Source: Bacteroidales bacterium (GTDB lineage Bacteria > Bacteroidota > Bacteroidia > Bacteroidales > WCHB1-69). From it: DNA of 64,000 nucleotides. The position numbers and the translations under genes were made by a program. The DNA is taken from positions 410 through 64,409 of the forward strand of contig JALNYF010000001.1 in NCBI GenBank assembly GCA_023229985.1, written 5' to 3'. The notes under the pieces were generated by a model. It was not told where the DNA came from. It worked only from the letters and a program-made list of their open reading frames with translations, and searched no databases. Below, piece after piece: positions 9,196 to 18,933 of the stretch (position 1 is the stretch's first letter; every line of letters starts with the position of its first letter).

Positions 9196-10062
9196 TTAGT
9201 GTTTTTTCATTGCACTCGATTTACTGTATCGAGGTTTTCCCGTACCGAGGTTTGAGCGGTTTCTGCGCCGTTTGTATTTATCGTTGATTCCGTCATCTTC
9301 TAATGCTTTGTTGCCATTGGTGAAGCGCGGATTTCCCCCTGCGCGCGGGAAATCAAATTGATAACTAACGCCGATGATCGTGTTCCAAACGCCTTCAAAT
9401 CCTCTTTTTACGGATGGAAGCGCGTCTAAATAGTCGCTGCTGACCCACGTGGCACCCGTTTCAAAATAGACCCGCAACTCCGGCAATATGCGATAACTGC
9501 CACCAATGCCAAACGGTATGGCAAAGCAATAATGGTAGCCGGTCGCCTCTATTAATGAGTTGAAAGACGGATAAGCCCCTAATACTTCTCCCGTTGTCGT
9601 ACTCCACATCTTGCTCTGGAAACCGTAGATGCCAAAGCCTATTTTCGGATATACCGCCCAATCAGTTTCTACATTACATACCGATAAAATGTCTATCGTA
9701 TGAGAAATGACAATTTCATTATTCCAGCGGGAAAAAAATGCTAACTTGTCGTACTTGTCGTGTGCCGAAACGTGCGCTACTTTGAATTCCAACGCTGCCG
9801 TCCAAAATGGCGTCACTCTTTTGCCAAAATAACCCCCTAATACGAAGTTTCTGTCTTTATAAAATGATGATTGAAACGGTGTTGCGGGAAATATTTTGTT
9901 CGTATTGTCATTAATGTCACCGTAAAAAGAATTGACTCCTAAGTTTAAACTGCCCTCCCATTTTTCGAATCCATGATAAAAAAAATAGTTATCTGATTGT
10001 CCTTTAATAGAATAGAGAGACAGAAACAAGAGAAATGATAAGAATATTTTTGAGACTTTCAT
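9196..10062 (-). CDS. Putative outer-membrane beta-barrel protein with a basic C-terminal tail
   Basis: The likely start is the internal 'MKVSKIFLSFLLFLSLYSIKGQ' signal peptide; the listed start at 10164 would overlap the upstream gene. Alternating aromatic/Gly beta-strand pattern, and a Lys/Arg-rich tail. Confidence 0.55.
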   Translation of the reverse strand: MKVSKIFLSFLLFLSLYSIKGQSDNYFFYHGFEKWEGSLNLGVNSFYGDINDNTNKIFPATPFQSSFYKDRNFVLGGYFGKRVTPFWTAALEFKVAHVSAHDKYDKLAFFSRWNNEIVISHTIDILSVCNVETDWAVYPKIGFGIYGFQSKMWSTTTGEVLGAYPSFNSLIEATGYHYCFAIPFGIGGSYRILPELRVYFETGATWVSSDYLDALPSVKRGFEGVWNTIIGVSYQFDFPRAGGNPRFTNGNKALEDDGINDKYKRRRNRSNLGTGKPRYSKSSAMKKH

Positions 10063-10067
10063 TATTT

Positions 10068-11669
10068 TTAAAATCCATTTAGTGGTAAATAAATTGTCGG
10101 CAAAAGTAATAAAAATCCTACAATAATCAGGCATAGAATAAAAGGAAAAATAAATTTTGCCCATTTAGCGTAAGGGATGCGTGCAATTCCTAAGCAGCCG
10201 ATTAAAACTCCTGATGCAGGCGTTATCATATTAGTGAACCCGTCTCCGAATTGAAATGCTAACACATTGATTTGTCGCGAGATACCGACCAAGTCCGAAA
10301 ATTCTGCCATCATTGGGATCGTGAGTGCTGCTTTGGCAGAGCCAGACGGTATAATCAAATTCAAAAGGTTCTGAATCACGTACATGCCGCCTACCGCACC
10401 CTCCTTCCCGCTATCGGCAACCAATTGGGACGCTCCGTATAATATTGTGTCCACAATTTTCCCGTCTTGCAAAATGACAATAATTCCTCCCGCCATTCCT
10501 ACAATCAGTGCGGCATTCATGATGTCTTTACAACCTTCTAAAAAAAGTCGTATCATTTTGTCAAACTTGATACTGTAAGCAAATCCGGTGGCAATGCCCA
10601 TCGCCAAAAACAACGCCGCTATTTCGCCAACGTACCAGCCGTAACCCAAAACGCCGACTACCAACATGACGATGGTGAGTAAAAGCAGTGTCAGTATAAA
10701 TCCATGAACCGACTGACGCGCCGCGTAAAATCCTAATAATATATATATTCCCGCAATGATGGGAAATAAAACGGCGGTGTGAATGTTGTTCCCGATGGTA
10801 ATTTGTGTGATGGGAAATCGAATAGCCAAAAATATGAGCAAACCGGAAATTAATCCATAAACAAGCCAAGTGCTTGTGCGTGATTGAGTCGTTTCATCTT
10901 CTGTTTTTTCTAAGGCTCTGTCTCGCCAATAACTGTCCAATTCGTACATAAATGAGCGTTTCGGATTTTTTTTGACGCGGTTGGCATAGAAAAGCGTGAA
11001 CGCAATGGCGATGGTGGTAAGAATCAGCCAGCAAAAAAAGCGGTATTCTAAACCCGAAAAGGGTTGTAAATTGGATAAACCTTGTGCAATGCCGATCGTG
11101 AATGGGTTGAAGATGGCACCTGCGAATCCGACGTGCGCTGCTACGTAGCACATCAGTACGCCCACCACCGAATCATAACCCATAGAAATAGCTAACGGAA
11201 CAAAAATAACAATAAAAGCCAAGGTCTCTTCGCTCATTCCAAAAATGGCACCAAACAAACTGAAAAGTATCATAATCAGTGTGATAACAATATTATTCAC
11301 ACCGATTTTTTGAAAAAAACGTCTCTTTTGTAGTTTCTTTGTAAAATTTAAAAAGGAATAAATACCTTTGTCAATGGCTTTTGTGCTGTTCATTATCCAG
11401 AAAGCGCCGCCAATCATCAAGATAAAGACGATAATGTTGGAAGTATTTTTAAATCCGTTATAAAAAGCGGTGAACACTTGCCATGTTTGCGGTTCGTTTT
11501 CAACTTTGTGATAGGAATCGGCAATTACGACCTCCTTTTCTTCGCCATCTACCATCACGGTTTCGCGTTCAAATTCTCCCCCCGGAATTATCCATGTAAG
11601 TATGGCACAAACTATTACAATAAAAAAGACGATGGTAAAGGTGTGTGGAATCTTTATTTTGGAAGCCAT
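10068..11669 (-). CDS. YfcC/DcuC-type anaerobic C4-dicarboxylate/basic amino acid carrier family membrane protein
   Basis: N-terminus 'IPHTFTIVFFIVIVCAILTWIIPGGEFER' is typical of YfcC-family proteins. More than 10 TM segments. Confidence 0.7.
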   Translation of the reverse strand: MASKIKIPHTFTIVFFIVIVCAILTWIIPGGEFERETVMVDGEEKEVVIADSYHKVENEPQTWQVFTAFYNGFKNTSNIIVFILMIGGAFWIMNSTKAIDKGIYSFLNFTKKLQKRRFFQKIGVNNIVITLIMILFSLFGAIFGMSEETLAFIVIFVPLAISMGYDSVVGVLMCYVAAHVGFAGAIFNPFTIGIAQGLSNLQPFSGLEYRFFCWLILTTIAIAFTLFYANRVKKNPKRSFMYELDSYWRDRALEKTEDETTQSRTSTWLVYGLISGLLIFLAIRFPITQITIGNNIHTAVLFPIIAGIYILLGFYAARQSVHGFILTLLLLTIVMLVVGVLGYGWYVGEIAALFLAMGIATGFAYSIKFDKMIRLFLEGCKDIMNAALIVGMAGGIIVILQDGKIVDTILYGASQLVADSGKEGAVGGMYVIQNLLNLIIPSGSAKAALTIPMMAEFSDLVGISRQINVLAFQFGDGFTNMITPASGVLIGCLGIARIPYAKWAKFIFPFILCLIIVGFLLLLPTIYLPLNGF

Positions 11670-11674
11670 GTCTT

Positions 11675-13297
11675 TTATTTAATGGTTTTAAACATTTTAT
11701 TCCAACGAATTTTCCCTTCACCCCAATCTTTGAACTTGTCTAATGAAAGCCAAACGAGAACCGGTTTTCCGACAATATGGTTTTCCGGCACAAAGCCCCA
11801 GAAACGGGAATCGGCGGAGTTGTGACGGTTGTCGCCCATCATAAAATAGTAGTCCATTTTAAATGTGTAACTGGTTGCTTCTTTTCCGTTAATATAGATT
11901 TTTCCGTTTTTGCGTTCAAGGGTGTTCAATTCATAATTGCGGATAATTTGTTCGTACAGAACAATCGTTGAGTCATTAATCGTTACGGTTTGTCCTTTTT
12001 GGGGAATCATGAGAGGTCCAAAGTTATCTTTATTCCACGGATAGCGGGCATCGTGCGGGAAGATGGATGCATTGTATTCGCCGGCTTTTTCAAACAAGGG
12101 GGTCACGATTTTTCCCATTTTTTCAATTTTTTCTCTTTGTGATTGATGTAAGTGATAAATGGCAACACTCGGAGCTATTTCCTGTCGGTCTTCTTCATTG
12201 ATATTTAGTTCTTTTCTTTTTTTAACCGAAATACCGCCTTCAACTTTGTAAGAGAACTGCATCTTTTCGGGATTCTTTGCTGCCACGCCGTTGATATACA
12301 GCTGTCCGTTAATAATTTGAAGTTTGTCGCCGGCAATCGCTACGCAACGTTTTACATAATTTTCCCTTTTGTCATTAGGACGGCTAATTACGTGGTATTC
12401 ATTCCAAACTGCTGCCCGTCCCATACCTTGATGATAAGTGGAATTGCCATATTGTAGTTGCATGGCACTGATGAATTCGGGACCGTATTTATTTTCCACC
12501 ATGCTCTTCTCGGCAGGGGTGGCGTTGGGATTTAAGATTGCCTCGAACTCACGCACGATGGCGTAGTAGCTTTCACTTTGTCGCTCTAAAGCGACCGTGT
12601 CTCCATCAGGATAATTAAAAACAATGGGACTGTTATTCTGAATTTTTTGCAATGCCGGAAAACGCATGTAGGGTAATTGTAACCATTCCACGTATGAGCG
12701 GGTTGTTTGCGTGAAAAGCAGGGTATGGTGCATAAAAGGAACTGCCAAAACGGTTTCCGGAATGCGGGCACCATAGTGAAATTTACTGACTGCCAAATAA
12801 TCGCCTACCATCATCGAACTTTCCATAGATGAAGTGGGAATGGCGTAGAATTCTAACAAAAAAGTTCGAAAAATAAATGCAGCAGCAACGGCGAAAATAA
12901 TAGCATCACCCCATTCACGCGTTTTACTCTTTTTGAATTTCGGTAAATCTTTAAATCGAATGTATTTTTCTTTTTTTGAAAATCCTAAATAGGGTAGATA
13001 AATAAAGTAAAAAAATGTTCCGAATATCAATGGAAGATAACTCGTTTTCCTATATAGTCGGATGGTCTTCCATATCATCATGTATGTCATGAAAATGCCG
13101 ATAAATGGGAAAATTATCAGCAACATCCACCACCAGGGGCGGGAAAGTATTTGAAGCCAAACCCACATACGGTAAACAGGAATCAGTGATTTCCAGCCTT
13201 TTTCACCCGCTTTTTCAAAAATTTTCCACAAACCGATTTGGTAGCCAATGAGTGCAATGAAAGAAATAATCACAACGACTGTATAGGAGATTTCCAT
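11675..13297 (-). CDS. lepB: Signal peptidase I (long Bacteroidetes form with N-terminal membrane domain)
   Basis: Ser box 'IPTSSMESSMMVGDY', Lys box 'YVKRCVAIAGD', and 'GDNRHNSADSRFWGFVPENHIVGKP'. Confidence 0.9.
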   Translation of the reverse strand: MEISYTVVVIISFIALIGYQIGLWKIFEKAGEKGWKSLIPVYRMWVWLQILSRPWWWMLLIIFPFIGIFMTYMMIWKTIRLYRKTSYLPLIFGTFFYFIYLPYLGFSKKEKYIRFKDLPKFKKSKTREWGDAIIFAVAAAFIFRTFLLEFYAIPTSSMESSMMVGDYLAVSKFHYGARIPETVLAVPFMHHTLLFTQTTRSYVEWLQLPYMRFPALQKIQNNSPIVFNYPDGDTVALERQSESYYAIVREFEAILNPNATPAEKSMVENKYGPEFISAMQLQYGNSTYHQGMGRAAVWNEYHVISRPNDKRENYVKRCVAIAGDKLQIINGQLYINGVAAKNPEKMQFSYKVEGGISVKKRKELNINEEDRQEIAPSVAIYHLHQSQREKIEKMGKIVTPLFEKAGEYNASIFPHDARYPWNKDNFGPLMIPQKGQTVTINDSTIVLYEQIIRNYELNTLERKNGKIYINGKEATSYTFKMDYYFMMGDNRHNSADSRFWGFVPENHIVGKPVLVWLSLDKFKDWGEGKIRWNKMFKTIK

Positions 13298-13351
13298 AAT
13301 GTTATAATATTATTGTATAAAGGTATTAAACGTTTCTATTAATCAAATATT

Positions 13352-14188
13352 TTAGCGGACAATCTTTTCTTCTTTAACCGCTTTTTGATAGAGTCCGTCA
13401 ATCTTGCGATCAATAAAGTCTTTTTTCTTCTTTTGAATCAGCATAGTACGAACACTTTCAAAATAATCGTGTGATTCTTCTCCGGTTTGTTGGGTCTTAT
13501 AATCAAGAACGACAATAAGATAGCAATTATCTTCGTCGATTTTTTCAAAATATTCAGGTTGTAGTTTGAGGTTTGTTTTATCTTCTATCTCAATAGGAAT
13601 TTCGAATTGAATGTCTTCCCAATAGAGCCATCGGTCGTCTTCGATAAAATACTCGATAGAATCGCCGCATAACTCTGCAATCTTGACTTTTTCAGTCATT
13701 CGTCTGGATTCATCAAACAAAATTTCTTTCAATTCATTGCGCACTGCGGAGTTCTTATTTAATTTGACGTAGTTTATTCTTACAATTTCTTTGGTAGAAA
13801 TCAGGTTCACTTTAGTAGCGCGGATGGTCTTGAGAACTTCTTCGTCCGAAACTTGAAATGCCGACGTGTCTGAAGTTATTTTTTCAAAATATTTATTTCT
13901 CAAAAGAGACTTCCGGTATTCTGTCATTTCTTCGTCGAAAATTTTTTCTGATACAGAGAGCTCATTTTCAGCTTCATGCAGAATAATCTGTTCGGTTATC
14001 CAATTATTGATTACTTGATTAGCGAAAGCAATGCTGTCATCTTTGTTGAGCCCTTCGGGCAAAAGGGAAGCAACCTCTGAATAGTAAAGTTTATTGTTAT
14101 AAACCTCTGCTAACACCCGGTCATCTGTTGAATTACAGCCGACAATGATGAGTGCAATAAACGGAAAAAAGAAGAAAAGATGTTTCAC
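13352..14188 (-). CDS. Hypothetical lipoprotein (possibly a SurA-N-like chaperone partner of the adjacent PPIase)
   Basis: Lipobox 'LIIVGCNS' after a GTG start. Co-directional with and 2 nt from the PPIase gene. No catalytic motif recognised. Confidence 0.5.
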   Translation of the reverse strand: MKHLFFFFPFIALIIVGCNSTDDRVLAEVYNNKLYYSEVASLLPEGLNKDDSIAFANQVINNWITEQIILHEAENELSVSEKIFDEEMTEYRKSLLRNKYFEKITSDTSAFQVSDEEVLKTIRATKVNLISTKEIVRINYVKLNKNSAVRNELKEILFDESRRMTEKVKIAELCGDSIEYFIEDDRWLYWEDIQFEIPIEIEDKTNLKLQPEYFEKIDEDNCYLIVVLDYKTQQTGEESHDYFESVRTMLIQKKKKDFIDRKIDGLYQKAVKEEKIVR

Positions 14189-14190
14189 TT

Positions 14191-15939
14191 TTAATTTTTT
14201 AATAATGTTGAAAAGAGCGCTTCGTTGATGCGAGGATTATATTTTTTGCGGAGTTCGGCAAGCCATTTCTGGTCTAAATATTCTTGATAATCAGTGATAA
14301 CAATGGCTTTAATATCATTTAATTTACTGATTTCTAATGTGGTAGGATCTGTATATTTGGATAGATTTGATTGGTAGAATTGTTCTAATCCGACAGTATC
14401 GGAGACGGCTTTTCCCCACACATTTTGGGTGTTGATTTCGTACAATACCATTCCGTCGTGGAACTCTTTGACAAGTTCGCGCAGCTCGGGATATTTTTCC
14501 AAAATATGGTCATTTTCATAGCGCATCATATTGTCTTGTACGTACATGTCAAATCTTTCATTTATAAAGCTTTCAATTTCTTCTTTTTTTAGTTGCATAC
14601 CTTTGAAGCGATTGATGTATTTGGCGAAATCAATTGCTGTGATTGTTTGGTCGGCATAAGTTGCCATTGGTTGTAATTTTTCAATGCCTTTTAGTTCGTC
14701 TAATTTCACGGTTTTAGATTGGAAAAATTCCTCCGGCATGTTTTTGAGGATGAACTTGATGGCTTTTGTTTTTCCGGCTTCGTTGTAGTTATATTCTTTT
14801 TTTATTTTGGTAATAAAAGAAGATTTGCTCTTGAAGGAGCGTGAATCGCGTGAAATTCGGTTACGGAGAGAGTATTCCATGTCATCATCTATATTCACGT
14901 AGGATACGGCAATAAGTTGGACAATGTGCCAGCCATAGTTGGTGGCAATCGGCTCAGACACTTTGCCGGCGGGTAGGGTAAGGACAGCCTTAACAAAATC
15001 TCCCGTTCGGCGATTGGGGGCAAATGGCTCTACCTGACCGCCTTTATCTTTCGATACCGCATCATCAGAATATCTGGCAGCTACTGTTTCAAAAGGAGTG
15101 CCCGCTTTTAATTCGGCCTGAATAAGCGATAATTTAATACGGGAAGAATCGCTCATTTGATGGTCCGCCGCTAAAGTATCGGAAACGAAAATTTGTCCGA
15201 TACTGATACTTTTGATGGCCTGAATGATGTCGGTTACATAAACCAAGTGATAGCCGAATTGGCTGCGAATCGGCATGGAGATTTGTCCGATTGGGGTGTT
15301 GTAAGCTGCTGTTTCAAAGGGATATATTAAATCTAATACGGTAAAATAACCTAAGTCCCCTTGGTTGCCCGGGTGTACGCGTCCGTTTTGCGGGTTCGTC
15401 ATGTCGCGAGCTGACGGGTCTTCAGAAAATTTTACCGCTGCGTCGGCAAATGTATAAAGACTCGAAAGAATCTCTTCGCGAATGGTAAGGGCTTTCTTAT
15501 AAGCTGCCATCGTGTCTTTTGGGGAGGCATTTTCCGGACAATTAATCAAAATATGAGAGGCTCTCACGTGGTATTTTGCTCTTGCTTTTGCTTCGTTCAT
15601 CAACTGTTCCGTCACCTCTTTATCTATCAAATATTGTTGTGAAGATTGTTTCTGATACGAAAGTAACTCTGTCTTAAATTGTTTGAGCGTATCTAATTGT
15701 AAAGCTTCGCCCTCTTTTACTTTCATTTTAAAATTGATAAATAACTCTAAGTACTCGCGCAGGTCTTTTTCGGTTGCGGTCGTGAGATTGTTATTTTTGG
15801 AGTATGTCTTCAAAAATTCATCTTTTGTAACGGACTCATTTCCAATCGTTACCAACACATTTTTTTCTTCTTGTGCAAAAGATGTGTATGCGGCTGACCA
15901 TAATAGTAAAGTACAGATAAAAGCAATTTTTAATTTCAT
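14191..15939 (-). CDS. Parvulin-type peptidyl-prolyl cis-trans isomerase (SurA/PpiD-like)
   Basis: Signal peptide. Parvulin motifs 'RASHILI', 'GDLGYF', 'FGYHLVYV' and a second 'YGWHIVQL'. Confidence 0.85.
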   Translation of the reverse strand: MKLKIAFICTLLLWSAAYTSFAQEEKNVLVTIGNESVTKDEFLKTYSKNNNLTTATEKDLREYLELFINFKMKVKEGEALQLDTLKQFKTELLSYQKQSSQQYLIDKEVTEQLMNEAKARAKYHVRASHILINCPENASPKDTMAAYKKALTIREEILSSLYTFADAAVKFSEDPSARDMTNPQNGRVHPGNQGDLGYFTVLDLIYPFETAAYNTPIGQISMPIRSQFGYHLVYVTDIIQAIKSISIGQIFVSDTLAADHQMSDSSRIKLSLIQAELKAGTPFETVAARYSDDAVSKDKGGQVEPFAPNRRTGDFVKAVLTLPAGKVSEPIATNYGWHIVQLIAVSYVNIDDDMEYSLRNRISRDSRSFKSKSSFITKIKKEYNYNEAGKTKAIKFILKNMPEEFFQSKTVKLDELKGIEKLQPMATYADQTITAIDFAKYINRFKGMQLKKEEIESFINERFDMYVQDNMMRYENDHILEKYPELRELVKEFHDGMVLYEINTQNVWGKAVSDTVGLEQFYQSNLSKYTDPTTLEISKLNDIKAIVITDYQEYLDQKWLAELRKKYNPRINEALFSTLLKN

Positions 15940-15963
15940 CTTGTTTCGATTTAATATGTTGAT

Positions 15964-16449
15964 TTATATAATGTTATCATCATTTGTGAGCTTGGTATAG
16001 ACGAAAGTTTCGGAAATATTAAGGATGTGGTGGTCTAATTTGTTGAGTAAGGCGTATAGTCTGCTGTAGAAAATTCCTTTGGATAAGTATAAAAACGGTT
16101 GATGATGTGCTACATCCAAATCCCCGATGGCATTTGACAATTTTAATAGCCGCGCATTTGCAAAACTGGCGACCATTACGGTCGTAGCCGATGATGATGG
16201 CACGGCTGCCGTTAAGGATGTTCCGGTAAAAACTACCTTCATAGGATGGGAGGTAAGACGTGCAGAATCATTACGAAATCTTTGATTTGTAATATATTGC
16301 AAGTTTTCGCTCATATATTTTATCCCCAACAAAAATAGTAATAGCGAACCCATCAAGTGTACGCATAACAGAATGATTGAAGTACTATCCATGTGGTAGA
16401 AAATTTGCTGCAAAAATAAGAAATTTCCCTTATAAATTGATACAATCAT
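15964..16449 (-). pseudogene. Internally deleted remnant of a Na+/Pi cotransporter (NptA family)
   Basis: 'GSLLLFLLGIKYMSENLQ...LTSHPMKVVFTGTSLTAAVPSSSATTVMVASFANA' matches the conserved N-terminal repeat of Na/Pi cotransporters. The C-terminal 'LNKLDHHILNISE' resembles the PhoU-like end. The ORF is only 161 aa, whereas family members are several hundred aa. Confidence 0.6.
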
Positions 16450-16484
16450 TCTACAATTATTGTAGAATCTTGATAAAATTAATT

Positions 16485-18920
16485 TTACAGCACAGTTACG
16501 ATTCCGTGGTATTTTTCTTTTTTATGAATATCTACGGGTTCTGCAAAAATGACGTAAGTATAGGTTTGATTTTGGAATATTTTGCCGTTTACGGAGCCGT
16601 CCCATTTGAAATGCGGATCTTCCGAATGGTAAACCAACATTCCCCAACGGTTGTAAATAAAAATCTCAAATTCTCCGACTTTTGTTCCTTCCGGCAGCGC
16701 GAAATAGTCGTTGATGCCGTTGCAGTCGGTAGGAGTAATGGCATTGGGAAGATAAATATTGAACGGACATCTTTCAATAAGAATTGACGCAACTCCCTTA
16801 CAGTCACCATCTTGTGCGGTAACATAGTATGTTCCGGCGAACAGAGCGGTAATCTGGGGCGTTGTTTCGCCGGTACTCCATAAAATAGAGGGGGCGTTTG
16901 TTTGTGCTACCAAGATGGCTTGGTGATTTTCACAGAAATCCTCTGTCTGATTCTCAATGCTGATGTCAATATCGGTATTCAGTGTCACTTCAATATCATC
17001 GTTGGCTTCACACCCATTGCTGTTGGCAACGATTACGGAATATATTCCGGGTTGTGAAACGGAAATGGAGGGTGTGGTCGCGCCGTTACTCCACAAATAG
17101 GTGTCGAAGCCGGTTCCTGCGTTGAGTATGACGGGAAATTGATAATCGTAACAAATCGAAATATCGTTGCCTAATGAAACAGAGGGGCGAGGGGCGTATG
17201 TCAGGTTTAATTCCAAAATACTGTCGCACATTCCGGAGAGGTCTATTGTATCGCGATAAGTGCCGGGCTGTGTAACTGTCAGTCCGTTAAAAAGATAACT
17301 CTCACCCGGACAAATGGTGACGTTGGTTACAATCGGGTCAATCGGCGCAATGTGTACAAGGGCAGTGATGGTATCGAAGAAATCATTAAAACAGTTGGAG
17401 GTAACGCGCTCAATGATAACGGTAACGATATAGGTGCCGGGAATTGGATATTGGTGTACCACGATTTCTCCGTCACCGGTTTGCCCATCGCCAAAATCCC
17501 AATGGATGGCCGTATAATCGTAATCTACCTCTGCTTCAAAAGTGATGGGATTGAACTGACATTCACTAGCACCATTCAATAAAGCGGATACCGGAATGTC
17601 ATTAATGAGTACTTGGCGGTTCAGGTTGACGGCACTTGCACCTACCGAATAAGAATAACTTTCACAGTTTCCCAATCCATAAACGTGCGCAATGAACCCG
17701 TCTTGGCTGTTTCGCAGGGTGTGTGATCCGTAGGCAAGCGTTATTTTGGCGTATGAATACAAGGGATTACCGCTCACCGGACTAAATTGTGCTGCAATGT
17801 TGCTGCCATCTAATGTCATGCCTGCCACATCATCTGTTTCAGTAACGATATTGACGAAATGGTATTGCGTAACATCAACGGTAAATGTTCCAAATGTTAT
17901 CTCATTGATTTTTTGTTCAATAGGATTAATGACCACCATGGATGGGTCGCCATTGGTACCGCCGTAGTCATATCCTGTGAAGTAAAGGAAAACGGATGCA
18001 GGTTCGGATGTTTCAAGAAATGCGGAGGCTTCAGAACTTTGCATCTCAAATTCGAAAGTAGCACCGGCATTGATAACTGAAAGCAATGAACCGTTCTTGG
18101 TAATTCTACAATTATCGTTGAGTGCTGTCACGCGAATGATGTCATTCGAGCGCATACTGGAAGTGGTAAGCACGAATTTCTTTCCCCAATAAGCTACGGG
18201 AATCGATTGTTCCACGATATGGTCGCAGCAGCAGTTGCTTGAACGAACATTGACGCATATATTTCCACTTAAAACGGCAATTTTCTTGCAATCTCGCGCA
18301 ACAATTCGCGTGCCGGAAAAGTCCCCTAAATTCGAGGCTACCTGATAACACTGTCCGCGATTAAGGGTTACCGAAAAAGTTGTATTGGCAGGACGCCCAT
18401 TCTCCGTTGAGTTGGTCGGCGTTATATCTACAACCGTATTGTTTTCATCCGCTATTATCGCAAAAACACAGCTGCGGACCGTGACAGGATAGGTTTGAAT
18501 CATGTATTCTTCCATCAAGGTCGGTTGAGGCAGCACGTTGGTGATGTCAAATGATGCGCTGGTAAGATTGGAAGAATAGACCGAAACCGTATCGGTAGCC
18601 GTAACAAAAAGTCCCGTATTTGTAACGGATTCACTATTAATAGTATAAGCTTGGGCTTGCGGAATGACTATTTCTGTTACCAAACCTTGCGTAACGGTGA
18701 ACGGCATATTCCACCCCGTATTCGGATTGTTAATATTTCCACTGCAACTGCGCGAACCGGTAATAATCAATTTTAATTCTAATGAATACCCTTCATCAAT
18801 ATTTTCCAAGAATGTAACCCAAAACTGTTTGCCTAAAGTGGAGTTGCTTTGCGCAAAACTTCCCACAACAGAGGTAACGAATAACAGTGCAACGAAAAAA
18901 GCTTTTATGATTCCTTTCAT
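16485..18920 (-). CDS. T9SS type-B-sorted adhesin-like protein (IgGFc-binding-N-like domain, PKD, type B CTD), paralogue 2
   Basis: Signal peptide. 'GKQFWVTFLEN' N-terminal domain. PKD 'WDFGDGQTGDG..HQYPIPGTYIVTVII'. 'YLWSNGATTPSISV'. CTD 'IYLPNAITPTDCNGINDYF...FIYNRWGMLVYHS...KWDGSVNG'. Confidence 0.85.
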   Translation of the reverse strand: MKGIIKAFFVALLFVTSVVGSFAQSNSTLGKQFWVTFLENIDEGYSLELKLIITGSRSCSGNINNPNTGWNMPFTVTQGLVTEIVIPQAQAYTINSESVTNTGLFVTATDTVSVYSSNLTSASFDITNVLPQPTLMEEYMIQTYPVTVRSCVFAIIADENNTVVDITPTNSTENGRPANTTFSVTLNRGQCYQVASNLGDFSGTRIVARDCKKIAVLSGNICVNVRSSNCCCDHIVEQSIPVAYWGKKFVLTTSSMRSNDIIRVTALNDNCRITKNGSLLSVINAGATFEFEMQSSEASAFLETSEPASVFLYFTGYDYGGTNGDPSMVVINPIEQKINEITFGTFTVDVTQYHFVNIVTETDDVAGMTLDGSNIAAQFSPVSGNPLYSYAKITLAYGSHTLRNSQDGFIAHVYGLGNCESYSYSVGASAVNLNRQVLINDIPVSALLNGASECQFNPITFEAEVDYDYTAIHWDFGDGQTGDGEIVVHQYPIPGTYIVTVIIERVTSNCFNDFFDTITALVHIAPIDPIVTNVTICPGESYLFNGLTVTQPGTYRDTIDLSGMCDSILELNLTYAPRPSVSLGNDISICYDYQFPVILNAGTGFDTYLWSNGATTPSISVSQPGIYSVIVANSNGCEANDDIEVTLNTDIDISIENQTEDFCENHQAILVAQTNAPSILWSTGETTPQITALFAGTYYVTAQDGDCKGVASILIERCPFNIYLPNAITPTDCNGINDYFALPEGTKVGEFEIFIYNRWGMLVYHSEDPHFKWDGSVNGKIFQNQTYTYVIFAEPVDIHKKEKYHGIVTVL

Positions 18921-18933
18921 AATGGTAAATTTT

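Noticed and set aside
10068-10164. The extended N-terminus of the OMP ORF (start at 10164), overlapping the YfcC-type gene by 97 nt.
   Set aside because: The internal Met at 10062 is followed by a canonical signal peptide and removes the overlap. The upstream extension has no signal-peptide character.
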